DNA of 64,000 bases from Thermodesulfobacteriota bacterium (lineage in GTDB: Bacteria > Desulfobacterota_D > UBA1144 > Nemesobacterales > Mycalebacteriaceae). The notes under the pieces were generated by a model that saw only the letters and a program-made list of their open reading frames with translations, searched no databases and was not told the DNA's origin. Positions 19,260 to 30,639 of this stretch are shown here, piece after piece (within the stretch, counting starts at the first letter, position 1; each line of letters begins with the position of its first letter). Made by a program: the position numbers and the translations under genes. The DNA lies in NCBI GenBank assembly GCA_965205855.1, contig OZ242184.1, forward strand, positions 1,120,001 through 1,184,000. Direction: 5' to 3'.

Positions 19260-20249
19260 TCAAATTTCAGGCATTCTCAGGCGTCTTACCCATTGCCTGT
19301 TCTCAAGATACCACTCAACGCAGGATTTTACGCCTTTTTCAATGTTAACTTCCGGCTTCCAGCCGAGGAGTTTTTCCGCTTTTGATATGTCCGCTCCTGT
19401 CGCTTCCGAATCGGCCGGATGCATGGGCTTGTTTTTCAAGACCGCTTTTTTCCCAACGCAACCTTCTATCATGGCGATAACACTGTTGAGTGCAACGGAA
19501 TTTCCGCCCGCTATGTTAAGCGGCTCAAACCCCGCATGCTTGACTGAGAGCAAAGTTGCTCTCGCTACGTCCTCAACAAATGTAAAGTCTCTGCTCTGTG
19601 TTCCGTCTCCGTAAACCGTAATCTCCTCGCCCTCCACAATGGCGCGTACGAAGCGGAAAATGCTCATATCGGGTCTCCCCGCCGGACCGTAAACCGTAAA
19701 ATACCTCAGAGCGGAAATATCAATATTGAAAAGTCTGTGATATGAATGGCAAAGCCCCTCGCCCGCGGCCTTGGATGCTGCATATGGAGATAAAGGTCTG
19801 TCAGTCGCGGAATTTTTCTCGGAAAGAGGAAGTCTCCCGTCTCCGTAAACACTTGACGAGGAGGCAAAAACAAACTTTTTGATGCCGTTCCTCTGGCATG
19901 CTTCAAGAAGGTTGAGAGTGCCGATTACATTTGTTCTGTAATACTCGGAAGGAATTTCCGCGCTTTTCCTGACTCCAGCGCGCGCCGCGAGGTGAATTAC
20001 CGCTTGAGGAGAAAAACGTCCCTTCAACTCCGAGAAAAAACCGCTAACCGTTTTCGCGTCCGAAATGTCCGACTTGTAAAACACAAACCCGTCCGAACCG
20101 GACAGGCTTTCAAGCCGCCTTTGTTTAAGCGTCGGGTCATAAGAGTCGTTCAGATTGTCAACTCCAGCAACCCCATCCCCTCTCTCAAGTAGCATTGCGC
20201 AAACCCGTGCCCCTATAAACCCCGCACAACCCGTTACAACAAAATCCAT
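19260..20249 (-). CDS. NAD-dependent nucleotide-sugar epimerase (UDP-glucuronate 4-epimerase-like)
   Basis: GCAGFIG, HLAARAGVR, SSSSVYG, YAASK, FTVYGPAGRPDM. Confidence 0.9.
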   Translation of the reverse strand: MDFVVTGCAGFIGARVCAMLLERGDGVAGVDNLNDSYDPTLKQRRLESLSGSDGFVFYKSDISDAKTVSGFFSELKGRFSPQAVIHLAARAGVRKSAEIPSEYYRTNVIGTLNLLEACQRNGIKKFVFASSSSVYGDGRLPLSEKNSATDRPLSPYAASKAAGEGLCHSYHRLFNIDISALRYFTVYGPAGRPDMSIFRFVRAIVEGEEITVYGDGTQSRDFTFVEDVARATLLSVKHAGFEPLNIAGGNSVALNSVIAMIEGCVGKKAVLKNKPMHPADSEATGADISKAEKLLGWKPEVNIEKGVKSCVEWYLENRQWVRRLRMPEI

Positions 20250-20270
20250 TTTTTTACACTGTTCTCCTTA

Positions 20271-21581
20271 CTAATCAGGCTCGCCCAAGCAAAAATACCG
20301 GAAGCCCATTTTTTTCATTGACTGAGGAGAATACATATTCCTGCCGTCAACAATAACGGGAGATTTCATTACGGAAAGAAGCTTGCCGAAATCGGGCTGT
20401 CTGTATTCGTTCCATTCCGTGCTTATAAATAGCGCATTGGCCCCCTCGCACGCCTCGTAGGAAGTGCGTGCCTTCTTAAGACCGGAGGGAATGGAGTCTT
20501 TGGAAGCGCCGTCAAAAGCCACTGGGTCGTGAGCGCATATTTCCGCCCCTGCGGTCAGGAGTTCATTGATAACATACAGAGCGGGCGCCTCTCTTGTGTC
20601 ATCAGTGTTGGGCTTGAAAGACACACCCCAGAAAGCAATTTTGACCCCCTCAAACCCTCTGGGAAACAAGACGTTCACCTTGTCCAGAAACAACCCGCGC
20701 TGCCCTGTGTTTACTTCATCCACGGCAGAACAGAGTTTCATGTCAAAACCCAAATCGGCGGCGGTTTCTACAATGGCCTTGACGTCTTTGGGCAAGCATG
20801 AGCCTCCGTATCCAATTCCGGGATACAGAAATTTGCCGCCTATCCTGTCATCGGACGCCATAACGGAACGCACTTGAGAAATGCTCGCGCCGGTTATTTC
20901 GCAAAGGCGGGCCATTTCATTCACAAATGATATGCGTGTCGCAAGCATGGCGTTTGAGGCGTATTTGGCAGTTTCGGATGAGCGTATGGAGATTGAAATC
21001 AACCTTTCACTGCGCCTCATATAAGGAGAGTAGAGAGACCGGAGGATGTCTTCGGCTTTCTTGGATTCGGTTCCTATGACAATCCTGTCTGGACTGAGAA
21101 AATCTTTTACCGCGGAGCCTTCTTTGAGAAATTCGGGATTGGAGGCGACATCAAAATTTCGTGCGCCGTTTTGTAATACAATCTCCCTGACCTTCTCAGT
21201 TGTTCCCGGGGGAATGGTGCTTTTTGTTACTATAAGTTTGTAATCGCCTCCGCACAGACCGCCAATTTGTTTCGCGACATCAAAAACAAAACTCAAATCG
21301 GGCGAGCCATTCTCCGTCGGGGGCGTCCCGACCGCTATAAAGACAATTTCCGAATCTGAAACGGCTTTTTCCGTGGAGTCTGAGAAAACAAGCCTTCCCG
21401 CCTCAATGTTTTTAACGACTATCTCTTCAAGGTTCGGCTCATAAAAAGGCACGATGCCTTTTTGAAGAGATTCTATTTTACCGCCGTCTATGTCGGCGCA
21501 TGTAACAAAGTTTCCACTGTCCGCCAGACACGCGCCCGTGACCAAACCAACATATCCGGTTCCTATAATTCCTACTTTCAA
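20271..21581 (-). CDS. ugd: UDP-glucose 6-dehydrogenase
   Basis: GTGYVGL, NPEFLKEG, GYGGSCLPKD, FKPNTDD.RE. Confidence 0.95.
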   Translation of the reverse strand: MKVGIIGTGYVGLVTGACLADSGNFVTCADIDGGKIESLQKGIVPFYEPNLEEIVVKNIEAGRLVFSDSTEKAVSDSEIVFIAVGTPPTENGSPDLSFVFDVAKQIGGLCGGDYKLIVTKSTIPPGTTEKVREIVLQNGARNFDVASNPEFLKEGSAVKDFLSPDRIVIGTESKKAEDILRSLYSPYMRRSERLISISIRSSETAKYASNAMLATRISFVNEMARLCEITGASISQVRSVMASDDRIGGKFLYPGIGYGGSCLPKDVKAIVETAADLGFDMKLCSAVDEVNTGQRGLFLDKVNVLFPRGFEGVKIAFWGVSFKPNTDDTREAPALYVINELLTAGAEICAHDPVAFDGASKDSIPSGLKKARTSYEACEGANALFISTEWNEYRQPDFGKLLSVMKSPVIVDGRNMYSPQSMKKMGFRYFCLGEPD

Positions 21582-21699
21582 GGGAGCTTCACCGATTGTG
21601 AATTTTTAACTCTATACGCAAAGAAAAAACATTCAAAGAGCAAACAAATCTTGCAATTAAGAAAGTATGGATGAGGCTTTGCGAAAATCGCAGCCAACA

Positions 21700-22158
21700 T
21701 CAACCTTCCCGTAAGAACCTGTATTCTCTCCCAGCAGATTCAACAACAAAACCACCTTCGGGAAGTGGGCGGGCAGCGTTTGCGATTGAGTAATACGCTC
21801 GGCTCAGAAAGCGTGCCGGAAACTCGCCGCCTTTGATGAGCGCGTAGGGAATGTTTTCCAAATTGACGGTCAGAGCGTTCTTTTCTGTGAGAACCTCCGA
21901 AGTTTCATCGTTTATACCGACTGATATTCCATTTTCCGTCACTGCCGCGGAAACAATAACAAAAGGCGTGTCCTCAACCTCAACGGGAATACTGACACTG
22001 CCTTCAACAACCTTGTAGCTTCCATCCTCCATACGGCGGAGATTGCGGTTGTTCTCAAGATAGGTCCACCTGTGTGTTATCGGAACGTCGTTCTGAAACC
22101 ACCTACCCTTTTTGTCTATAAATATCCGCTGTATCGGCGGCTTTTCGGGGCAATTCAT
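21700..22158 (-). CDS. DUF1285-like conserved hypothetical protein
   Basis: [23 protein letters not shown]...ARFLSRAYY pattern; ATGA-coupled to the ABC ATPase. Confidence 0.65.
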   Translation of the reverse strand: MNCPEKPPIQRIFIDKKGRWFQNDVPITHRWTYLENNRNLRRMEDGSYKVVEGSVSIPVEVEDTPFVIVSAAVTENGISVGINDETSEVLTEKNALTVNLENIPYALIKGGEFPARFLSRAYYSIANAARPLPEGGFVVESAGREYRFLREG

Positions 22159-22835
22159 ACTATTTTCCCGTCTTTCATCGTAACAACCTTGCGCGCGCAG
22201 TCCGCGACCTCTTTCTCGTGGGTAATCATAACAACCGTTGTTCCGGAACAGTTCACCTCTTTGAGAAGATTCATAATCTCGGTCGTATTGCCGCTGTCAA
22301 GGTTTCCTGTCGGCTCGTCGGCAAGAACAACCGCCGGGCTAGTGCACAGAGAGCGCGCTATGGCAACCCTCTGCTGCTGTCCACCCGAAAGCTGGTAAGG
22401 CATATGGTTGCTCCTGTCAGACAAACCCACGGAATCAAGCATCTCATCCGCCCTCTTCCGCCTTTTCCGTGAAGACAAACCACCGTATAGAAGCGGAAGC
22501 TCCACATTCTCCCGTGCGGTGGAGCGCGGAAGCAGGTTAAAGCTCTGGAAAATGAACCCTATTCTCTTCCGCCGCAACTCGGAAATATCGTCTTCGGACA
22601 GATGGGAAGTTTCCGTTCCCTCAAAAATGTAGGAACCGGAATCCTGAATATCCAGAAGACCCAGAACATTCATCAAAGTGCTTTTGCCAGAACCGGAAGA
22701 ACCCATAATCGCCACAAAATCCCCGGAGAAAATCTCAAGTGAAACTCCCCGCAAAGCGTGAACCGAATTGTCACCGGAAAGATAGGTTTTTTCGATACAG
22801 GAAAGTGATATTATCGGATCATGAGAAGACGGCAT
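22155..22835 (-). CDS. ABC transporter ATPase (MacB/LolD family)
   Basis: [42 protein letters not shown]. Confidence 0.95.
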   Translation of the reverse strand: MPSSHDPIISLSCIEKTYLSGDNSVHALRGVSLEIFSGDFVAIMGSSGSGKSTLMNVLGLLDIQDSGSYIFEGTETSHLSEDDISELRRKRIGFIFQSFNLLPRSTARENVELPLLYGGLSSRKRRKRADEMLDSVGLSDRSNHMPYQLSGGQQQRVAIARSLCTSPAVVLADEPTGNLDSGNTTEIMNLLKEVNCSGTTVVMITHEKEVADCARKVVTMKDGKIV

Positions 22836-22850
22836 ATCGGCAGGGTTGAA

Positions 22851-23963
22851 TCAGAAACGCTTGGGTTGAGGAAGAGACATGCCCCGTCTGGAACCTTCTC
22901 CGCCTGTGCCCGGCACAATTCCCACTATAACATTGTCACCTTCCGATATTTCACCTTTTACAACCTCGGTGAAGATTTCATTGCTCTCACCAACGGTAAC
23001 GGGAAGGCGTTTTATCGCTCCTGACCGGGTTTTTATCCAGACTTCCGATGATGTTGAAGCATGAGCGGAGCCATCCGGGGGAATAAATCGCAGGGCGTCA
23101 GTTGGGATGCGCACAACCCCGTCAACCTGACCGATTTTTACCGTAACATCGGCCGTCATACCGGACTTGAGCATATAATTGGGATTTTCAACAAACGCGG
23201 AAACCTCGTATATGACAGCTCCGGTTCCCTCGATTGGAGACTCCGGCACCGAGAGCACCTTGCCGGAAAACGACTTGTCTTTGAAAGCGGAAACCGTAAA
23301 AAGCACCTCCTGTTTTTGTGAAACACGACCTATGTCCGCTTCGCTAATGCGGATAAACAACCTCATTTTGTCCGAACTTCCGGCGACCTTCATCAACACT
23401 CCGCCTTTGCTGTCAACCGAACGGCCGACTTCAACCGCGCGGAAAATAACCGTTCCGTCAATCGGGGATTTTATCTCCGAGGATTGGAACCTCTTTTTCG
23501 CCTCGGAGAACTCCGCATTTGCCTGCTCCATTGCTATCTTGGCTTTGTTGTAGTCGTTTGTTGAAGTCAGCTGCTTGGCGTAAAGCTCGGACTCGTATTT
23601 AAAATCCGCTTTTTTTGTCTCAAGCTCCGTGCGCGTATTCTCATAACGGGATTTCAGCACCGTCGCATCAAGACGAATAATAACCTCACCGGCGGCAACC
23701 GGTTCGCTCTGCTCCTTCAAAACCTCAACAACGGAGCCTTGTATGGCGCTGTGTATCTCGGCTTCCTCAAAGTGTCTCAATGTTCCAACGGAGGTGATTG
23801 TGGAAATAACGCTGCCAATTGATGCGGGCTCGGTCTTATACTCCACAGAACTGTCATCGGATACGGAAATCCATACGCATCCGACAAAAACGGCGACAAA
23901 AATGACGCGCCATTTCATGCCCATGCCACCCACCGCAGAAATTAGATTTTGAAGCCTTTTCAC
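22851..23963 (-). CDS. Periplasmic adaptor (membrane fusion protein, MacA-like)
   Basis: N-terminal TM, IKSPIDGTV, SEADIG, LKSGMTA, IPTDAL. Confidence 0.9.
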   Translation of the reverse strand: MKRLQNLISAVGGMGMKWRVIFVAVFVGCVWISVSDDSSVEYKTEPASIGSVISTITSVGTLRHFEEAEIHSAIQGSVVEVLKEQSEPVAAGEVIIRLDATVLKSRYENTRTELETKKADFKYESELYAKQLTSTNDYNKAKIAMEQANAEFSEAKKRFQSSEIKSPIDGTVIFRAVEVGRSVDSKGGVLMKVAGSSDKMRLFIRISEADIGRVSQKQEVLFTVSAFKDKSFSGKVLSVPESPIEGTGAVIYEVSAFVENPNYMLKSGMTADVTVKIGQVDGVVRIPTDALRFIPPDGSAHASTSSEVWIKTRSGAIKRLPVTVGESNEIFTEVVKGEISEGDNVIVGIVPGTGGEGSRRGMSLPQPKRF

Positions 23964-25261
23964 TTACCCACACCCTTGCCGGTTGTTGAGTCTTCGGCGG
24001 ATATTTCACCCGCAACAAAGCTCAACTGCCCAACCAATACCCTTTTAGTATACAACGATTCTTCGTATTTGAGGTAAAATTTTGCATATTCCTTTTCGGA
24101 AAAAACGAGGTCCAGATTTGAGATCACTCCAAGAGACTCTTTCTCACGCGCAAGTATAAGCCTCTTCTCCGCCGTGCCGAGTATCTGTCTGCTCAGCTTT
24201 ATTTCCGCTTCCGCATGGGAAATATCAAGCAACAGACGTTTGATTTCTCTCTCAAGACGCTGTTTTTCAAGCGCGATTTGTATCTCGGTTCTTTCGCTCT
24301 CCGCGCGCACTCTGTCCAGAGCGGCGAAACGCGAAAAACCTTGAAAAATCGGTATTGTCGCTCCGGCGCCCGCGATGAACGCGGGTGTTTCCGCACCTTC
24401 GCCCTCAAATCTGTAAGCTACCCTCCCATAAACCACGGGAAGGAATTCCGCTTTTGCGGCAGCAATATTAGCCTTGTCGCTTTTTAACCGCTCCTCAAGA
24501 CTCAGAAGATATGAATTACTCTTGAACAAGTCCGGCAGAATGTCTTTTTCATCAAGTTTTAAGTCCCTCCGGTCAGCGGGAGACTCAAAAATTATTCCGC
24601 TTCCGTCCCGGACTCCCACCAACTGAAAAAGCGCAAACCGCGCACTTTCAACCTGATTACGCACTCCGCCGGCCTCAAAAACAGCGCTCTGTTCATCAGA
24701 TTCCTGCTGGGCTAATTCAAGCGGGGAAATACGTCCGTTTTTCTCAAGGATGCGGCTTCTTTCAAGTCTAAGCCGTGCGAGTTTTCTGTTTTTCTCCGCA
24801 TAAATAAGACGCGCTTGCTCAAGAAGAACCTTGTGGAAAGCGTTTCTTACCCGCAAGACCACTTCATTGATCGCGTGCTGTTTTGAAAATTCCGCCGCAG
24901 TAATGAGATTTTTGCTTGATTTGACGCGGTTTTTCGTGCGTCCAAAATCCCAGATTATCTGGTCGGCAAAGAACCCCGATTCACGACCGACAAAAGGGGC
25001 GATAATCCTTGAATAAATATTCGGATAGTAGGATGCGGTTGCCTCTTTGCGCAAACCGTCCCGTATTTTCACATCCGCGTGCGCAAGCCTCACTTCAAGG
25101 CTGCTCTCAACGGCCATACGCTCCGCGTCTTCAATCGTGAGCGTTTTGGCAAAAACAGAAGGCGTAACCGAAACGGCAAACACAAAAGCCATGACAAACC
25201 AGCCTCTGAGCGGCAGTTTTTGAAACGGATTGAATTTGAAAATCAGAAACGGAGGACGCAT
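23960..25261 (-). CDS. TolC-family outer membrane efflux protein
   Basis: Signal peptide, QIIWDFG and IPIFQG motifs, helical repeats. Confidence 0.85.
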   Translation of the reverse strand: MRPPFLIFKFNPFQKLPLRGWFVMAFVFAVSVTPSVFAKTLTIEDAERMAVESSLEVRLAHADVKIRDGLRKEATASYYPNIYSRIIAPFVGRESGFFADQIIWDFGRTKNRVKSSKNLITAAEFSKQHAINEVVLRVRNAFHKVLLEQARLIYAEKNRKLARLRLERSRILEKNGRISPLELAQQESDEQSAVFEAGGVRNQVESARFALFQLVGVRDGSGIIFESPADRRDLKLDEKDILPDLFKSNSYLLSLEERLKSDKANIAAAKAEFLPVVYGRVAYRFEGEGAETPAFIAGAGATIPIFQGFSRFAALDRVRAESERTEIQIALEKQRLEREIKRLLLDISHAEAEIKLSRQILGTAEKRLILAREKESLGVISNLDLVFSEKEYAKFYLKYEESLYTKRVLVGQLSFVAGEISAEDSTTGKGVGK

Positions 25262-25408
25262 TTTTCTCCGGAGGATGTTGAAAAGTGAAATTAATTATAA
25301 CACAAGATTGTCCTTACATTGACCCTAAAAGCGCGTGGCGAATATGGAGAAAAAATCCTCACGCTGTGTAGATTAAAGCCGCAATCCGGTAACAAGGCGA
25401 GTAGTTAA

Positions 25409-26581
25409 GTGAAAAAAAACCTGTCAATTTACATCCATCTGCCCTACTGCGACATCAAATGCCCGTTCTGCAATTTGAACGCATGGGCGGAGAAGGGATT
25501 TGACGAAAATCTCTACATAAAGTCTCTGGAAAAAGAATATGAATCCGTAACCGCCACGATGCCGAATATGGGTTCGGGATATGTCATTGAAACCGTGTTT
25601 ATCGGAGGAGGAACTCCGTCCCTATTCTCTCCGGAGTCAATCGGTCGCATACTGAAAGCGACCGCGGAAAAATGCGAAACCGCCGAAGATGCGGAAATAT
25701 CAATCGAGGCACATCCTCTTTCCTGCGGGTTCGAAAAAACAAGCGGCTACCGCGAGGCGGGAGTCAACCGTATAAGCATCGGGGCGCAATCGTTCTCTTC
25801 GGCAAAACTCGAAACACTCGGAAGGGAACACGGAGCGGAAAGTTGCTTCGAAGCCGTTGAAAACGCGAAAGCCGCGGGTTTTCAAAACATAAGCATAGAC
25901 ATTATCGCCGGAGCGCCCGGAGAAACTCCGGAGATGTTTGAAAATGACATAAAGAACTGCGGCTCCACAGCGGTGACTCATATCTCGGTCTACGGCCTTG
26001 AAATTGAACGGGGAACGCGGTTTTACTCCCTTTTCAAAAGTGGGGGAATATCCTTTCCCTCGCAGGATGAGTCCGCTAGGATGATTGAGACGGCCGAGAA
26101 CAGATTGCGGGAATACGGAATGGAGCGCTATGAGATTTCAAGTTTTGCCGCCAAAAAAAACCGTTGTCGGCACAACATAAACTACTGGCGCCTCGGTGAT
26201 TACATCGGGCTTGGCGCTGGCGCGCATTCCCATATGACAACCGCCGAAGCGCCCTTCGGAATAAGGTGGAAAAACCCGAGAAATCCGTCAGAATATATGA
26301 AAAAAACCATGCGCGGAGTCATCGCAAAACATGAGCCAGTTGATCCGGAAACGGGATTTTCCGACTCCGTGATGATGGGACTCAGGCTTTCCGAAGGCAT
26401 GGATGTAAGGTCTGCCGAGAGGAAATTCGGCGTTTGTGTTAACTCAGGCTCGCTTTCAAAACTTGAAACCGGCGGGTTTATAAGCAGGGAGAACGGGGTT
26501 ACAAAAATGACGGAAAAAGGTTTTCTGGTGGCAAACCGGATTGTTCTGGAAATCACAAGCGGAGCAAAGACGGATTTATAG
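25409..26581 (+). CDS. hemW: Radical SAM heme chaperone HemW
   Basis: [40 protein letters not shown]. Confidence 0.9.
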   Translation: MKKNLSIYIHLPYCDIKCPFCNLNAWAEKGFDENLYIKSLEKEYESVTATMPNMGSGYVIETVFIGGGTPSLFSPESIGRILKATAEKCETAEDAEISIEAHPLSCGFEKTSGYREAGVNRISIGAQSFSSAKLETLGREHGAESCFEAVENAKAAGFQNISIDIIAGAPGETPEMFENDIKNCGSTAVTHISVYGLEIERGTRFYSLFKSGGISFPSQDESARMIETAENRLREYGMERYEISSFAAKKNRCRHNINYWRLGDYIGLGAGAHSHMTTAEAPFGIRWKNPRNPSEYMKKTMRGVIAKHEPVDPETGFSDSVMMGLRLSEGMDVRSAERKFGVCVNSGSLSKLETGGFISRENGVTKMTEKGFLVANRIVLEITSGAKTDL

Positions 26582-26622
26582 GATATAATTGCCGGAAATT
26601 TTTCGTTTTCCGGAGAATAAAA

Positions 26623-27906
26623 ATGGCAAAAATCAAAACCGTAAAAGCGCGTGAGATACTGGACTCGCGCGGAAACCCGACCGTTGAAGTTGATGTTGTT
26701 TGCTCAGACGGCTCGTCTGGAAGAGCCGCGGCACCATCCGGAGCGTCAACGGGGAAATACGAAGCGTATGAACTCAGAGACTCGCGCAAAAAAAGATACG
26801 GCGGAAAAGGCGTTCAAAAAGCCGTTGAAAATGTGAACCACAAATTGTCGCGCGCGGTCAAAGGGGTTCACGCGCAAAACCAGCGGGAACTTGACCGCAG
26901 GATAAACGGGCAGGACCCGACAAAGTCGAAGTCCCGTATCGGCGCAAATGCTGCTCTGGGCGTTTCTCTTGCGGCGGCACGGGCGGGCGCGGAAGCGGAT
27001 AAAAAGCCTCTTTACCGTCATCTCTCATCCTTGAACGGCAAAACCCCTCTGTGTCTTCCGGTTCCCTTTATGAACATAATCAACGGTGGGGCGCACGCCG
27101 ACAACAACATAGACATTCAGGAGTTTATGATAGCACCGCACGGGTTTGACGGGTTTTCCGACTCCCTGCGCGCCGGAGTTGAAATATTCCACAGCCTTAA
27201 ATCCCTTCTGAAATCAAAGGGGCTTTCCACCTCGGTCGGAGACGAAGGCGGGTTTGCTCCGAATCTGCGCTCCAATGAGCAGGCGATGGAGTTCATAGTC
27301 CGCGCGATAGAAAAGGCCGGATATAAAACCGGAAAACAAGTGTCTCTTGCGCTGGATGCGGCGGCAAGCGAGTTGTTCGCGGATGGAAAATACAGAATCG
27401 GACGCGCGAAACTCTCATCGGACGCGCTTGGAAAAATATACGAGAAATGGTTAAAAGACTGGCCGCTTGTCTCCATTGAAGACCCGATGGATGAAAATGA
27501 CTGGGAAGGATGGCGGGGAATTACGCAAAGCATCGGAGACCATGTTCAGATTGTCGGAGACGACCTGTTTGTTACAAACCGAAAGCGACTTGAAAGAGGG
27601 ATAGAACTTTCCGCCGCAAATTCAATCCTCATAAAAGTCAATCAGATAGGAACGCTTTGCGAAACCTTTGATGCCATGAACCTCGCGGCTGAAAACGGAT
27701 ATTCCCAAATGGTGTCGCATCGTTCCGGGGAGACCGAAGATACGGCAATCGCCGACATAGCGGTCGCCACGGGGTGCGGAATGATAAAAACCGGCGCGCC
27801 GTGCAGAGGCGAAAGAACGGCAAAATACAACCGGTTGCTGAGAATTGAAGAAGAACTCGGCGGCAAAGCGGTGTTTGCGGGAAAAGACATCTTTGATAAA
27901 ACCTGA
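26623..27906 (+). CDS. eno: Enolase
   Basis: [39 protein letters not shown]. Confidence 0.98.
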   Translation: MAKIKTVKAREILDSRGNPTVEVDVVCSDGSSGRAAAPSGASTGKYEAYELRDSRKKRYGGKGVQKAVENVNHKLSRAVKGVHAQNQRELDRRINGQDPTKSKSRIGANAALGVSLAAARAGAEADKKPLYRHLSSLNGKTPLCLPVPFMNIINGGAHADNNIDIQEFMIAPHGFDGFSDSLRAGVEIFHSLKSLLKSKGLSTSVGDEGGFAPNLRSNEQAMEFIVRAIEKAGYKTGKQVSLALDAAASELFADGKYRIGRAKLSSDALGKIYEKWLKDWPLVSIEDPMDENDWEGWRGITQSIGDHVQIVGDDLFVTNRKRLERGIELSAANSILIKVNQIGTLCETFDAMNLAAENGYSQMVSHRSGETEDTAIADIAVATGCGMIKTGAPCRGERTAKYNRLLRIEEELGGKAVFAGKDIFDKT

Positions 27907-27934
27907 TAGGATTATTTTACGGAGAAAAAAAGAG

Positions 27935-28021
27935 ATGTATCGAGGGAAAAAACACAGAGTTTACCGGTTATTGGCAACAGACAGACGGGTTTGGCAACCT
28001 TTCCCTCGCACCTCTTTTTGA
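27935..28021 (+). other. Putative 28-aa leader peptide upstream of leuC
   Basis: GGAG SD at 27921; [28 protein letters not shown] with tandem TTA-TTG Leu codons; alternative base pairings are present. Confidence 0.35.
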
Positions 28022-28046
28022 AGGAGGGTTTGCAAAAATCCCAAAA

Positions 28047-29471
28047 ATGAGCGGAAAAACACTTTTTGAAAAAATCTGGCAGTCTCACCTCGTCAGCCCG
28101 GGCGAGGGCGGGCAACCCGACATTCTCTACATAGACCTGCATCTGGTTCACGAAGTAACCTCCCCTCAGGCGTTTGAAGGACTCGCCATGGAAGAAAGAA
28201 AAATCCGCCGTCCGGATTTGACCTTTGCAACTATGGACCACAACGTTCCGACCACGGGAAGGAACAAACCTATAGAAGATGAAATATCCGCGCGGCAGAT
28301 TGAGACTCTGAGAAAAAACTGCCGCGATTTTGGCGTTTCACTTTTTGACATCACCCCCGGAGCGGGGATAGAAGACCTTCAGGGGATAGTCCATGTAATA
28401 GGCCCCGAACTCGGCCTCACAAAACCCGGAATGACCATAGTGTGCGGCGACAGCCACACCTCAACCCATGGCGCGTTCGGCTCTCTCGCCTTCGGAATCG
28501 GAACAAGCGAGGTTGAGCATGTTTTCGCAACGCAATGCCTCAGGCAGAAGCGGCCAGAAACTTTTGAGATAAAGGTGAACGGCAAAAGAGGGTTGGGAGT
28601 TACGGCGAAAGATATAATCCTCGCGATTATAGGGAGGACGGGAACTGCGGGAGCAACCGGGCATGCCGTTGAATATACTGGAGAGGCAATCAGAGACCTG
28701 TCAATGGAAGAGAGAATGACCGTATGCAACATGTCCATAGAAGCCGGGGCAAAAGCGGGAATGATAGCGGCGGATGACAAAACCTTTGAGTATGTCAGGG
28801 GAAGACGCTACTCTCCGCCCGAAGAGCAGTTCGAGCAAGCGTTGCGGGAGTGGAAGGATTGCGTATCCGATGAAGATGCAGTTTTTGACAAAACCCTTGT
28901 TATGGACGCCGCCAAGATCGCGCCGCAGGTTACATGGGGAACAAACCCCGGAATGGTGGCGGAAGTAAGCGATTCGGTTCCAAACCCGAATGATGAAGAG
29001 AACAAAGCTCAATACGAGACAATACAAAGAGCGCTTGAATACATGGGGCTGAAAGCCGGAACTCCAATAACCGACATAAAAATTGACAGGGTTTTCATCG
29101 GCTCCTGCACAAACTCTCGCATTGAAGACCTCACGGCGGTGGCAAACCTTGTGAAAGGGAAAAAGGTGGCAAAAGGGGTAAGAGCAATGGTTGTTCCCGG
29201 CTCTCAGACGGTCAAGAAAAAGGCCGAAGAGATGGGAATAGACGCCATACTGAAAGAGGCGGGATTTGAATGGCGCGAATCGGGATGCAGCATGTGCCTC
29301 GGAATGAATCCGGACATACTGTCCCCCGGTGAAAGGTGCGCGAGCACTTCCAACAGAAATTTTGAGGGGCGGCAGGGAAAGGGCGGCAGAACACACCTTG
29401 CAAGTCCTGTAATGGCGGCGGCTGCCGCGATTGAGGGGCATTTTATCGACATCCGCGAGTGGGAAAACTGA
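28047..29471 (+). CDS. leuC: 3-isopropylmalate dehydratase large subunit
   Basis: [43 protein letters not shown]. Confidence 0.98.
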   Translation: MSGKTLFEKIWQSHLVSPGEGGQPDILYIDLHLVHEVTSPQAFEGLAMEERKIRRPDLTFATMDHNVPTTGRNKPIEDEISARQIETLRKNCRDFGVSLFDITPGAGIEDLQGIVHVIGPELGLTKPGMTIVCGDSHTSTHGAFGSLAFGIGTSEVEHVFATQCLRQKRPETFEIKVNGKRGLGVTAKDIILAIIGRTGTAGATGHAVEYTGEAIRDLSMEERMTVCNMSIEAGAKAGMIAADDKTFEYVRGRRYSPPEEQFEQALREWKDCVSDEDAVFDKTLVMDAAKIAPQVTWGTNPGMVAEVSDSVPNPNDEENKAQYETIQRALEYMGLKAGTPITDIKIDRVFIGSCTNSRIEDLTAVANLVKGKKVAKGVRAMVVPGSQTVKKKAEEMGIDAILKEAGFEWRESGCSMCLGMNPDILSPGERCASTSNRNFEGRQGKGGRTHLASPVMAAAAAIEGHFIDIREWEN

Positions 29472-30104
29472 ATGGAGAAATTCACAAAAATCAAGGCCAA
29501 GGTCGCGCCGCTTGACCGCGCCAATGTTGACACCGACCAGATAATCCCGAAACAGTTTTTGAAAAGGATTGAAAGAACGGGATTCGGCGAGTTCCTCTTC
29601 TACGACTGGAGGTTTTATGACAACGGCAAGACCCTGAATCCGGACTTTGAGATGAATGAGCAGCGCTACAAAAACGCGGGGATATTGATTGCTAGAGAAA
29701 ATTTCGGAAGCGGAAGTTCGCGCGAACACGCGCCATGGGCCATAAGAGAGTTCGGCTTCAGGGTCATCATAGCCCCGTCTTTTGCCGATATTTTTTATAA
29801 CAACTGTTTCACAAACTCCATACTTCCCGTCAAACTTGACAACGCGAAAATAGAAACGCTTTTTGAAACCGTAAGATCAAATCCGGAATTTGAGTTGGAA
29901 GTAGATTTGGAAAAACAGTCAATAGCCGGCAAGGGAGTCAATATGGAATTTTATTTGGACCCGTTCAGAAAACGGACTCTCCTTGAAGGACTTGACAACA
30001 TATCGCAAACTCTAGACAAGGAGAAACTCATAGACGAATACGAAAACCGGAGAGTAACGCCCAGGCCCTGGGGTTTTCCCGCGAGAAGAGGACAACAACG
30101 ATGA
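29472..30104 (+). CDS. leuD: 3-isopropylmalate dehydratase small subunit
   Basis: NVDTDQIIPKQFL, GSSREHAPWA, SFADIF. Confidence 0.98.
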   Translation: MEKFTKIKAKVAPLDRANVDTDQIIPKQFLKRIERTGFGEFLFYDWRFYDNGKTLNPDFEMNEQRYKNAGILIARENFGSGSSREHAPWAIREFGFRVIIAPSFADIFYNNCFTNSILPVKLDNAKIETLFETVRSNPEFELEVDLEKQSIAGKGVNMEFYLDPFRKRTLLEGLDNISQTLDKEKLIDEYENRRVTPRPWGFPARRGQQR

Positions 30105-30619
30105 ATATTAAAGTAACAACAAGACGCATAAGCGACAGAAAAACCGCGAAACAGAAGAAAAAGTACGCGCTTACAAAGATTCCGCGCATAAGCAAGTATC
30201 TACGGCATCAGGGGCGGGACGCCGAAGTCAGCATTATCCTCTCATCGGAGAAACTGAGACATACAGCCGAAATTATAGTCATGGGAACACGCCTGAGGGC
30301 GACCGCGAGCGTAACATCCGATGACTTGAGCTCATCCATAGACAACGTTATGGACGCCGTAACAAAACAACTGAGGCGGAAAAGTGACAAACAAATCTCA
30401 ACAAGACGCAGAATTTCCGGCGGGGAGCCACCGAGGGAAAAAACAAAAACTCCCGAAGTGAAGATTCAGAGAGTTGCCGCAAAACCGATGTCCGTTGAAG
30501 AAGCCGTCCTGCGGGTGGGTGTTTCCGAAAAAGAATTTCTCGCCTTTATCAACAGCGAAACCCAAGAGATGAACGTTGCCTACAGGCGGAATAAGAAAAC
30601 AGTTCTGATAGTTCCCTGA
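30101..30619 (+). CDS. hpf: Ribosome hibernation promoting factor (long HPF)
   Basis: MNIKVT.R, SIDNVMD..KQLRR, C-terminal KPMSVEEA..NVAYRR. Confidence 0.85.
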   Translation: MNIKVTTRRISDRKTAKQKKKYALTKIPRISKYLRHQGRDAEVSIILSSEKLRHTAEIIVMGTRLRATASVTSDDLSSSIDNVMDAVTKQLRRKSDKQISTRRRISGGEPPREKTKTPEVKIQRVAAKPMSVEEAVLRVGVSEKEFLAFINSETQEMNVAYRRNKKTVLIVP

Positions 30620-30639
30620 AAACGGTCGCGGAAAACATC

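Noticed and set aside
26592-26613. CCGGAAA/TTTCCGG hairpin overlapping the eno SD
   Set aside because: A single short stem with no further support; it may be a hemW terminator or chance.
28701-29729. 342-aa ORF antisense to leuCD, and similar long antisense ORFs (e.g. 3020-3787, 1563-2237, 41226-41939)
   Set aside because: They shadow well-conserved genes on the opposite strand and have no motifs; expected from codon bias.
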